Of a DNA stretch of 52,074 nt, positions 1-7,548 are shown one piece after another. The translations under genes were made by a program, and so were the position numbers. The notes below the pieces were generated by a model. The model saw only the letters and a program-made list of their open reading frames with translations, did not search any database and was not told where the DNA came from. Source of the stretch: an uncultured Gammaproteobacteria bacterium (lineage in GTDB: Bacteria > Patescibacteriota > Microgenomatia > Levybacterales > GWA1-39-11); the NCBI GenBank assembly GCA_964641355.1, contig CAZXND010000003.1, forward strand, positions 66,903 to 118,976. Direction: 5' to 3'. Positions within the stretch are counted from its first letter, which is position 1. Each line of letters starts with the position of its first letter.

Positions 1-21
1 ATTGTACTTTTACCCATTTTT

Positions 22-99
22 ATAAGCAAAACTCCGTTTTATAAGCAAAGCTTGGGCTCTTTCGATCCTAAGCAAAGCTTGCAAAACTCCGTTTTATAA
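22..99. repeat. Interleaved short direct repeats across the pilM stop codon and downstream spacer
   Basis: The 19-nt gcaaaactccgttttataa is perfect at 26-44 and 81-99. The 12-nt taagcaaagctt is perfect at 42-53 and 69-80. ataagcaaa also occurs at 22-30. Confidence 0.85.
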
Positions 100-1119
100 A
101 TCTCGGAGACCAAGACCTACAACAATATTAAAAGTTGGAGCATTGGCCAATATCTGAGGAGGCACGTTTTTCATATTGTATAGCTTGAACGTGTTCCCCA
201 CGACGACTTGAACATTTAAACTATTGGTAAGAAATGTATCTATTCCTGGAATCAAAGCATATTCTCCAGAAAGTATCACTTGCTTTATCATTTCATTATT
301 TGAACGCTCGTTATAAGATAAAATTGCTTTTTTTAAATCACCAACTAAAGTTTCGAGAACAGGTGCAAGAGCCTTTCCTATTTTTCCATCAAAAGTCTCA
401 GTACTAAAACCATACGTTCTGGTGTAGTTCTGTGCTTGTTGAAAGTCGATCCCAAGGTCAAGAGATACAGCGCGAGAAATCGCGATTCCTCCTAAACCCG
501 ACGAGAAAGCAGTATTCAAAATACCCCCTTTCACTATTGAAATACTTGTTGCTGCATCTCCGATGTGAACGATAATATTGGAATAAGGGTTGTTTATGAG
601 GGGATAAAGAGCTCTATGCACAGAAATAACTTCTGTTTCTATTCCTTCAATATTAAGCCCGGCATCTTTTAAAATGAACTCGTATTTCTCAAGCAGATTA
701 ATTGGAGCCGCAACAAGCAGAACGCTCATTGTTTTCTTCTCTCCAATATTGTTTTTAGCTAAAATCTGCCAATCAGTCCTAACTTGATCAAGTGGCATGG
801 GAATGTATTGTTCCATTTCGTAGCGAAGAGCAGCATCAAGTTCTTTTTCAGATAGGTCTGGCATCTGTATAATCTTCGTGTAAACCTGATTTTCCATAAG
901 AGATATGTTGACAGAATTTTCTTTAATATTTACATTCTTAATACACTCTTTTATGGAATCGGCAAGCATTTGCTGATCCACCGAAGATTCTGATGATAGA
1001 CCCTTCGAAGAAACTAAAGGAAACATAGCAATGGATTCAATGGTAAAATCTCCTCCATTTTTCTTAATTGAAGTTATTTTTATAGAATTACTTTCTATAT
1101 CAAGTCCAAAAGCTTTCAT
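94..1119 (-). CDS. pilM: Type IV pilus assembly protein PilM (actin-like ATPase fold)
   Basis: 341-aa ORF whose length and sequence pattern match the PilM family. It is the last gene of the pilin operon and overlaps the upstream gene by 4 nt. Confidence 0.85.
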   Translation of the reverse strand: MKAFGLDIESNSIKITSIKKNGGDFTIESIAMFPLVSSKGLSSESSVDQQMLADSIKECIKNVNIKENSVNISLMENQVYTKIIQMPDLSEKELDAALRYEMEQYIPMPLDQVRTDWQILAKNNIGEKKTMSVLLVAAPINLLEKYEFILKDAGLNIEGIETEVISVHRALYPLINNPYSNIIVHIGDAATSISIVKGGILNTAFSSGLGGIAISRAVSLDLGIDFQQAQNYTRTYGFSTETFDGKIGKALAPVLETLVGDLKKAILSYNERSNNEMIKQVILSGEYALIPGIDTFLTNSLNVQVVVGNTFKLYNMKNVPPQILANAPTFNIVVGLGLRDL

Positions 1120-1928
1120 TGAGAAATCAAAACATAAGGAAATATTTCGGGTGGCAATTGAGGATAAGACTCAAAATAAACAATTTTTCTTTTAGTTTCA
1201 CCTGCACTACCCACGGATTCAATAATATTTCCTTGTGGCACATTTGCACCTTCAATTCCGATTATTGCTGAGTTGTAGAGAGGGATTATCTTCATAATAA
1301 GCTTGGGGTTCGCGTCATTAATGACCGCAGAATTAGAAAAATTAATTCCTTCAATCGTCCCTGATCCACCTGTCGTCTCCGATCCTGATGTTCTTCCAGA
1401 ACACGTATCAAAAACATGCTTAGATACAGAAGGATTCGTAGTATTTCCCGTTAATAAAATCACTTCAATCGCGGGAATTACCTGAGTCCCTGTTCCGTTA
1501 CATGAATTCTGCCCATTTCCCCACCTTATGGTAACAGATCCAGAAATCGGCGAAGCATAATCTGGGTAGTTAGAAAGCCAAACATCATGTCCAACATCTT
1601 GGGTAACCACATCCCCATTATTAAGCAAGAAAGCTGGACTTTGCTCTACGCTAATACTCGTATTAAAAGAGGAGTTGTTTGAGAGCTGTTGATCGGATAA
1701 AGTAGTGTTGTTTCCCAACTGTTTCACTGCCTTTTCCACTCCTGCCTCAGCTGCTTGAAAAGCTCTTTGGGATTCTTCATTTTCTTTTGATATCTTAAGA
1801 TTTGTGATGGTTCTTGAAGCAACAGAGAGACCAACTGTCAAAGCAACTATCGTAGTTAGAACAACAATAAGGAGAATCTGCCCACCCTCATTCTTTCCCA
1901 CACTGAAAAACCCTCGTAAATGAGCCAT
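1116..1928 (-). CDS. PilX-like pilus-associated protein with an N-terminal transmembrane helix
   Basis: ATG at 1928; the track's 1964 start is TTG. The N-terminus GGQILLIVVLTTIVALTVGL resembles a PilX N-terminal domain, followed by an S/T/N/G-rich body. It sits in the pilin operon. Confidence 0.5.
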   Translation of the reverse strand: MAHLRGFFSVGKNEGGQILLIVVLTTIVALTVGLSVASRTITNLKISKENEESQRAFQAAEAGVEKAVKQLGNNTTLSDQQLSNNSSFNTSISVEQSPAFLLNNGDVVTQDVGHDVWLSNYPDYASPISGSVTIRWGNGQNSCNGTGTQVIPAIEVILLTGNTTNPSVSKHVFDTCSGRTSGSETTGGSGTIEGINFSNSAVINDANPKLIMKIIPLYNSAIIGIEGANVPQGNIIESVGSAGETKRKIVYFESYPQLPPEIFPYVLISQ

Positions 1929-1973
1929 ATATCCATAATAGCGAGAAGTCGAACTAAGTGTCAAGATAAATTA

Positions 1974-2528
1974 TTAAGGACTATAATTTCTCATAGAAAC
2001 AGACGTTTTGAAATCAGAAGAGAATGAACTTTCAACTATTTCTGGCTTATTATTTTTATCCTGAAGTTTAAATGAAACATTAATAATGGGATAAGAATAT
2101 GGGTTTTCCTGATCACACACAATAAAACTTGAACAATCAGCAACTTCAACCTGTGTATTATCGATTAGAGAAACAGATACTGAACCACTAGAAGAAGCAA
2201 TAGAACCATCGCTACTTGAGCATGAAATAGTGGTTTCTCCTCCATCAATTCTTTTCAATTTAATAGACGATATTGGTCCAGATGTTGGAACACAAGTATT
2301 TACATCTTGGTCACCATTGATGGCAGTAATTGCCTCTGAAGAAGTTATAATATCAGTTATAACACTTAGAGCATAATTGCCATTTTGGGCAACTATTCCT
2401 CCAATCTTTGCCTTTCCACTCCCTCTAAGAGTGGAGTATAGCACTCCTGCAATGAGTGAGCTTATTACAACAAGTATAATTGTAAAGGCTAGTAGCTCTA
2501 TAGTTGTATATCCTTTATTATTTTTCAT
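1974..2528 (-). CDS. Prepilin-type N-terminal cleavage/methylation domain protein (minor pilin-like)
   Basis: MKNNKG|YTTIELLAFTIILVV has Glu at +5. The ATG at 2528 forms an ATGA overlap with the upstream gene's stop at 2525-2527. Confidence 0.8.
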   Translation of the reverse strand: MKNNKGYTTIELLAFTIILVVISSLIAGVLYSTLRGSGKAKIGGIVAQNGNYALSVITDIITSSEAITAINGDQDVNTCVPTSGPISSIKLKRIDGGETTISCSSSDGSIASSSGSVSVSLIDNTQVEVADCSSFIVCDQENPYSYPIINVSFKLQDKNNKPEIVESSFSSDFKTSVSMRNYSP

Positions 2529-3073
2529 AGAGATGAATTTGTATCTTTTGAAAAACAAGAATGTAATTGCGCTTTATGACAATAAGTGTTATCAGAAGGG
2601 CATTTAGAACTTGACCATGATACAGTGACTGTTACTTCAGAACCAGAATATTGATTAGTGTCACCTAGATCATCCGGTGTTGGAGTAGGACCACAAGAGC
2701 TCTGAGTAAAAGTAACATATCTTTGAAAAGTTTCCCCCACATTGGCCGGGATACATCCATTATTATAAGTAGCAATAGTAAAGCTCTCACCAAGACAGTA
2801 AGTTCCGCTCAAATTTCTAAAATCATCTTCGCTCTTATTTTGTATTGGTGGATTAAGATTAACAGTTTCACCATTTTCAGCTTTATTCTTAAAATATTCC
2901 ATTCCAGCTTGTGCATACTTGTTCGCCAAGTTCTGGTTTTTTACAAAAGTAGTATTATTAACGGCGAAAATTACAGCTATAGATATGCCAGCAAGTGAAA
3001 TTATGAGCGCTGAAAGTGCAACGATTGCCTCAATTAATGTTTGTCCTGATTCTTGTCTTAATAATTTTTTCAT
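2525..3073 (-). CDS. Prepilin-type N-terminal domain protein (minor pilin-like)
   Basis: MKKLLRQESG|QTLIEAIVALSALII has Glu at +5. It forms an ATGA overlap with the upstream gene at 3070-3073. Confidence 0.75.
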   Translation of the reverse strand: MKKLLRQESGQTLIEAIVALSALIISLAGISIAVIFAVNNTTFVKNQNLANKYAQAGMEYFKNKAENGETVNLNPPIQNKSEDDFRNLSGTYCLGESFTIATYNNGCIPANVGETFQRYVTFTQSSCGPTPTPDDLGDTNQYSGSEVTVTVSWSSSKCPSDNTYCHKAQLHSCFSKDTNSSL

Positions 3074-3678
3074 TGAATAGAAACATTTCCTCCACTATCA
3101 ACGTTTATAGTTTTAGAAAAAGTAAAACCTGTTAAAACTATCTTTGCAACATTTCCACTCGTAGGAGATCCGCAACTTAAAGAACTATTTACTATTACAT
3201 CGTTTGTCTGAGTTCCAAACGTAACAGTACAACCTCCTCCTGATGAAAAAATCAAATTAGATGGTAGATTATTTACTTCAATATCTTGCTCGACTCCTGA
3301 GCAATAAGCAGCAACAATATATGTGTTTCCTGAGATTCTAAACCTATAACCAGTTAATGTCGTTGAGTCGGAGCAACTTTCTGGCTTCACTTGAGATAAT
3401 GCGCTGAATTTTGCTTTTTCGATTTGTAGCTTTATATCTTGTGCAGTCTGTTCAACGGCTTGACTCCTTGAGTATGTATAGAAACCAGCAAAACCAATTC
3501 CCGATAAAATCATCATAATAGATAAAACAACGAGAAGTTCTATAATTGTAAAACCGTGTTTTGCGAGAATAAACCTGTTTATAATCTTAAATCCCCGTTG
3601 AGCATGAGAGAAACGAGTTAGAACAAGAGGGTTTGCTTTTATATTTTTATTTTTTTTCAAATCATTCAGCATTTCCAC
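3070..3678 (-). CDS. Prepilin-type N-terminal domain protein with a long leader peptide
   Basis: The motif ...ILAKHG|FTIIELLVVLSIMMIL follows a leader of about 41 aa. Confidence 0.75.
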   Translation of the reverse strand: MEMLNDLKKNKNIKANPLVLTRFSHAQRGFKIINRFILAKHGFTIIELLVVLSIMMILSGIGFAGFYTYSRSQAVEQTAQDIKLQIEKAKFSALSQVKPESCSDSTTLTGYRFRISGNTYIVAAYCSGVEQDIEVNNLPSNLIFSSGGGCTVTFGTQTNDVIVNSSLSCGSPTSGNVAKIVLTGFTFSKTINVDSGGNVSIQ

Positions 3679-3682
3679 TTCT

Positions 3683-4240
3683 TTAAGGATTAATTACCCA
3701 GTAGTTATAATCTGTGGAAGTGCAGGGAGATTGACCCGGACGAAATGTCACATCACCAGTATTTGTACCCGAAAGGTTTCCGAGATTTGGCGTAGGCTTT
3801 TCCTGAGTGGCATTTAAATCGTTTGAATTTTCAAGCTTTGCAAATATGGTGTACTCAGAAAAATTACTATCAATTGTGTATACATATGTAGGACAACTAT
3901 CGTTTACTGAGGATGGATCCGATGGAATATTAGAAAAATAGGGATCAAGAGCGGGATTGTTTTCATTGCTAATTGTACCCCAACCTGCATGGTTATCATC
4001 AGCAAAACCCGGATACTTACCGTGATCTGACCTGTATAGCTCGAGAGCAGATTGAATTTGTTTTAGATCTGATTTTCTCTGCGCATCTCGTCCCCTTTGT
4101 CTAATATTTATAAAATTTGCCATTAGAAATGCTGCGAGAACAGAAATAATTGAAATCACTACAAGAAGTTCTATCAATGTGAATCCAGAATTTTTTCTAA
4201 CAAGACCTATTTCAATTTTTCTTGAAAATAAATTCTTCAT
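3683..4240 (-). CDS. GspG/PilA-like pilin, paralog 1
   Basis: RKNSG|FTLIELLVVISIISVLAA is followed by the SDLKQIQSALELYRSDHGKYP block, which the next two genes share. Confidence 0.85.
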   Translation of the reverse strand: MKNLFSRKIEIGLVRKNSGFTLIELLVVISIISVLAAFLMANFINIRQRGRDAQRKSDLKQIQSALELYRSDHGKYPGFADDNHAGWGTISNENNPALDPYFSNIPSDPSSVNDSCPTYVYTIDSNFSEYTIFAKLENSNDLNATQEKPTPNLGNLSGTNTGDVTFRPGQSPCTSTDYNYWVINP

Positions 4241-4260
4241 ATGTTTTTATTATACATAAA

Positions 4261-4767
4261 CTAAGGTGAGGTGTTCGGACTAGAGACTGCATAGTTACAA
4301 GTACCACCACAAGATGCATTTGAAATACCAATAATTGAGAGTGAATTACAAGCATTACCTCCATTACAAACTTGCGGATCTTTGGTTCGATCTAGAGATG
4401 TATAAAGATAATAAGTTTGTCCATCAGAAGAAGCATAGTAAACATAGTTTTTAGGATTATTATCTTTTGGCAGAACATTCATATAGGGAGGCCAAGTATC
4501 TCCCCAATTAATTTCTCCTAATTCTTCCGAATTTATTTTGTTAGAACTAGACGAGGGATATTTACCATGATCTCCATAATACGATTCAAGAGCTCTTTGA
4601 ATTTGAGCGAGATCATTTTTTCGCTTGGAATCAGCAGCTTTTTTAAATTGTTCAAGGGGATTTAATACTGCAATTACTCCTGCAGCAAGAATGGTTAATA
4701 TTCCAATCACAACAACGAGTTCTATTAACGTAAATCCACGTATGGAGTGGAATTTTTGCTTTTTCAT
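4261..4767 (-). CDS. GspG/PilA-like pilin, paralog 2
   Basis: The real start is the ATG at 4767, giving MKKQKFHSIRG|FTLIELVVV. The track ORF's upstream extension to 4917 overlaps the preceding gene. The NDLAQIQRALESYYGDHGKYP block is present. Confidence 0.85.
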   Translation of the reverse strand: MKKQKFHSIRGFTLIELVVVIGILTILAAGVIAVLNPLEQFKKAADSKRKNDLAQIQRALESYYGDHGKYPSSSSNKINSEELGEINWGDTWPPYMNVLPKDNNPKNYVYYASSDGQTYYLYTSLDRTKDPQVCNGGNACNSLSIIGISNASCGGTCNYAVSSPNTSP

Positions 4768-4768
4768 A

Positions 4769-5551
4769 TTAATTACAAACGCCATCACAATTTGACGTAC
4801 AGTATTCACCATTTCCTGCTCCCACATCATTACAAGCACCGTTACGACACGCATACTGCCTATTTTGCAGAGGACAAGTGTTAATTGTCGGAGTTGGAGT
4901 AGTAGCAGGAGCCTCATAACCGACAGGTGTAGGGGTTAAAAGCGAAGATCCTGCAATATTCGTACAACTTACAGTCCCTCCATAGGAACAGATCGGATTC
5001 ACCGATCCTTGCGGAATGCAATTTGATAAAGATGAAAGACCACATGTTGTAGAGATTTGAATAGCTGGCTGTTCTTGATCAGAAAAAAGTCCAAACCATT
5101 GTGGACAAGTACCCTCTGCGATATAAGTATATTCAGTGCAAAAAGCGTTTCGACAAGTTGGACCATTCGGAACTTTTTTCATATATATCGTGTTATTCTC
5201 TTCCCATACTTCTCCCCAAGGAATTGAATCTGGAAAACAACCATGATCATCGTAATAAAGATTGATTGCTTTTGTTACTTCGTTAATATCACCTTGTCTC
5301 TGTGTATTCCTCGCTTTTTTAAGTTGATTATTAGGATTTAAAAAAAGAAAAAGTAATACTGACAACACTGAAAGGATCGTAAGTACTACTGCAAGCTCGA
5401 CAAGAGTAAAAGCATTTCTGGCTATTAGAGCTAATTTTACAGTCCTAAGAAGTTTTGGATATACTTGGTTAAAAGAAAAGAAAGTATGCTTCCTATTACT
5501 AAAAAAGGGCCAAAAGGAATCGTATCTTTTGAAAGTTTCTTTTTTCCCCAT
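4769..5551 (-). CDS. Pilin-like protein with a long leader and a cysteine-rich C-terminal domain, paralog 3
   Basis: ...IARNA|FTLVELAVVLTIL and GDINEVTKAINLYYDDHGCFP are followed by a C-terminal half with many Cys. The only in-frame ATG/GTG/TTG is at 5551, 115 nt inside pilD. Confidence 0.7.
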   Translation of the reverse strand: MGKKETFKRYDSFWPFFSNRKHTFFSFNQVYPKLLRTVKLALIARNAFTLVELAVVLTILSVLSVLLFLFLNPNNQLKKARNTQRQGDINEVTKAINLYYDDHGCFPDSIPWGEVWEENNTIYMKKVPNGPTCRNAFCTEYTYIAEGTCPQWFGLFSDQEQPAIQISTTCGLSSLSNCIPQGSVNPICSYGGTVSCTNIAGSSLLTPTPVGYEAPATTPTPTINTCPLQNRQYACRNGACNDVGAGNGEYCTSNCDGVCN

Positions 5552-6198
5552 ATAATCAGTATTGTTGATATAATCCCTCCTGTCAAGAAAGCAAGGTAAA
5601 GAGCAACAAGCGACTTTGGGAAACCAAGAACAAACCCCAAGACAAACGAGAATTTTATATCTCCCATACCCATTCCCTTACCTTTTGTTGCGATAAAAAG
5701 AATTAAGAGAATTGCTAACAAAATCAATCCAGAAAAAAAACTGGATACAAAAACTTGTTGATTAAAAAAACCCTTATAGACAAGTGACGAAAAGAGTAAT
5801 ACGAGATTTACTTCATCAGGGATTATTTGATATTTGAGATCTGAAAAAAAAATTACAATTAAACAACAGGAGAAAATTAGATAAAAAATAAAAGTTGGAA
5901 TAAAAAATTCCCCTTGATTTAACAAATAAAACAAAAGTGGGAAAACTACTCCTGTTAAAAGTTCAATCCAAAAAAGTCTTTGTGGAATTGTGGAATGACA
6001 ATATCTACATTTTCCCTTAAGCAACAAGAAAGAAAACACAGGCATCAAATCGAAAAATCCTAATTTCTTTTTACAACTTTCACATTTTGACCTTGAAATA
6101 AAAATTGACTCATTTTTAGAAAGTCTATCAATTAACAGACCTAAAAAGCTACCAAAGGCGCATCCAAGAATAAACAAAAAAATATAAAATAGAAACAC
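5437..6198 (-). CDS. pilD: Prepilin peptidase / N-methyltransferase (A24 family)
   Basis: The N-terminal CxxC...CxxC (CESCKKKL...CRYCHSTIP), a polytopic membrane body, GMGDIKF and the C-terminal PFGPFL are typical of PilD. The start is GTG at 6198. Confidence 0.9.
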   Translation of the reverse strand: MFLFYIFLFILGCAFGSFLGLLIDRLSKNESIFISRSKCESCKKKLGFFDLMPVFSFLLLKGKCRYCHSTIPQRLFWIELLTGVVFPLLFYLLNQGEFFIPTFIFYLIFSCCLIVIFFSDLKYQIIPDEVNLVLLFSSLVYKGFFNQQVFVSSFFSGLILLAILLILFIATKGKGMGMGDIKFSFVLGFVLGFPKSLVALYLAFLTGGIISTILIIWGKKKLSKDTIPFGPFLVIGSILSFLLTKYIQNFLGL

Positions 6199-6242
6199 AG
6201 TAAAATTATAAAAGAGTTAAAGAATTATTTAAAGGAGATGAC

Positions 6243-6806
6243 TTATTGAGTACACCAATAACAGTCAGTGGTTCCACCATTTGCCTTACACGTATTAGTT
6301 GAATCGGCAGTTCCTGTAGCATCAGTATAGACAGCAGCCTTATTTTTTTGCTGTGATTTTGATGTAGGTTTAAAACAAACGATAACTGTATTTGATCCTG
6401 CACTATTAGTAACATAAACATTTTTAAGATTTTGAGCAGTAGAAAATGCTGACTTAAGCTCTCCTTCACTTGTCAAAGTAGTAAGACACGTTGCGAATGC
6501 AGAAGCATTCAATGCAGTACCCGAAGGATTTGTTGCACCATTACAATCAGCTCCTCCATTAGCAGTTGTCGCCCAAGGAAAAGCATTATGAGTTGTGTAA
6601 TATCTAAGAATAGAATTATAAAATTCAACAGAAGTATTTAAGTCATTGGAATCAGAGGCTTTTTTGAGTTGTTCAAATGGGTCAATAGTTGCAACAAGTG
6701 CAGCAGCTAAAATTCCAAGAATTCCAATTACAACAAGAAGTTCTATAAGAGTAAAAGCGGTGCGAGATTTAGTCTCTCTAAATAAATGTATAAGGGCAGA
6801 TTTCAT
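6243..6806 (-). CDS. Type IV pilin, candidate major pilin
   Basis: MKSALIHLFRETKSRTA|FTLIELLVVIGILGILAA. It is the first gene of the pilin operon and lies behind a near-consensus promoter. C-terminal Cys pairs are present. Confidence 0.8.
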   Translation of the reverse strand: MKSALIHLFRETKSRTAFTLIELLVVIGILGILAAALVATIDPFEQLKKASDSNDLNTSVEFYNSILRYYTTHNAFPWATTANGGADCNGATNPSGTALNASAFATCLTTLTSEGELKSAFSTAQNLKNVYVTNSAGSNTVIVCFKPTSKSQQKNKAAVYTDATGTADSTNTCKANGGTTDCYWCTQ

Positions 6807-6816
6807 GTATTAATTC

Positions 6817-6846
6817 ATTCTAACCACAAAGCAAAAATCTTGTCAA
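6817..6846 (-). promoter_or_regulatory. Sigma70-type promoter of the pilin operon
   Basis: On the minus strand: TTGACA (6846-6841), 18-nt spacer, TAGAAT (6822-6817), then 10 nt to the ATG at 6806. Confidence 0.6.
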
Positions 6847-6850
6847 TAGG

Positions 6851-7489
6851 TCAGTTTGCGCTCAAGAGAACATATTCTACTGCCATTCTTTTGTTGATAT
6901 TATTCCTAATCAACAAAGGATAAATTATGCTAAGTTTGTAAATAATAGCATGGAGTGTATGGAGACGTTCTTTTTTTTCCTGAATCCCTGCCTTTAGAAG
7001 TTCCGATCTTAATTCCAATAAAAAATCTTTTAATAAATCAGGAGCACTCTCTATCTTTTCAGCGATTGAAAGCGCTAGTGCAGTTTTATCTTTTTTTGTA
7101 ATCATTTCCTCAATTTCGTTTTTAAAACTTATTTCAGATTTTTCAGTACCTCCTTTTAAATAAATAATCTGTGAGCGAGAAAGGATGGTAGGTAGAAGAG
7201 TTTCTTTATTTGAAGTTACAATTATGAAAAATGTGTTATCAGGAAGCTCTTCAAGAGTTTTAAGAATAGCGTTTTGTGCTTCGAATAGAATTTCACGTAT
7301 TACAATGAGTCGAGTTTCGTCTGCGCTTTGTTTAAAAGAAATTAATTTCTTAATTTCTCTTACATCACTAATTTTTATTCTTTCTTTAAATTCAATTAAA
7401 TTATAGGATTTTATTTTTTTTGTAGAAGAAAAGTCTTTTATATACTCTTGAGTGATACTAAGTCCACCCACAATTACGAGGCTTTGCAT
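6851..7489 (-). CDS. holB: DNA polymerase III delta-prime subunit, short form
   Basis: The block LIVIREILFEAQNAILKTLEELPDNTFFIIVTSNKETLLPTILSRSQIIYL matches the clamp-loader sensor/SRC region. The ORF is only 212 aa. Confidence 0.7.
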   Translation of the reverse strand: MQSLVIVGGLSITQEYIKDFSSTKKIKSYNLIEFKERIKISDVREIKKLISFKQSADETRLIVIREILFEAQNAILKTLEELPDNTFFIIVTSNKETLLPTILSRSQIIYLKGGTEKSEISFKNEIEEMITKKDKTALALSIAEKIESAPDLLKDFLLELRSELLKAGIQEKKERLHTLHAIIYKLSIIYPLLIRNNINKRMAVEYVLLSAN

Positions 7490-7504
7490 ATTGACATTAT
7501 ATCA
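7490..7504 (-). promoter_or_regulatory. Extended -10 promoter abutting the holB start codon (leaderless layout)
   Basis: On the minus strand: TG-A-TATAAT (7504-7496), GTCAAT, then ATG at 7489. Confidence 0.55.
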
Positions 7505-7534
7505 ATATTTAAATTACGATGAATATATAAATAT

Positions 7535-7548
7535 AGGGGATTTCCCCT
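7535..7548 (+). promoter_or_regulatory. Palindrome AGGGGATTTCCCCT immediately upstream of pilB
   Basis: A 5-bp GC stem (AGGGG/CCCCT) encloses a 4-nt loop and ends 1 nt before the TTG at 7549. AGGGG could also serve as the SD for that start. Confidence 0.5.

Noticed and set aside
4768-4917. N-terminal extension of the pilin ORF at 4261-4917
   Set aside because: The extension overlaps the Cys-rich C-terminus of the upstream pilin in another frame. The ATG at 4767 gives a canonical short leader (MKKQKFHSIRG|F) and starts 1 nt after the upstream stop.
6206-6469. 87-aa ORF overlapping the 3' half of the pilin gene at 6243-6806
   Set aside because: It is on the same strand in a different frame and lies fully inside a gene with a clear pilin signature. 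No independent start signals were found.
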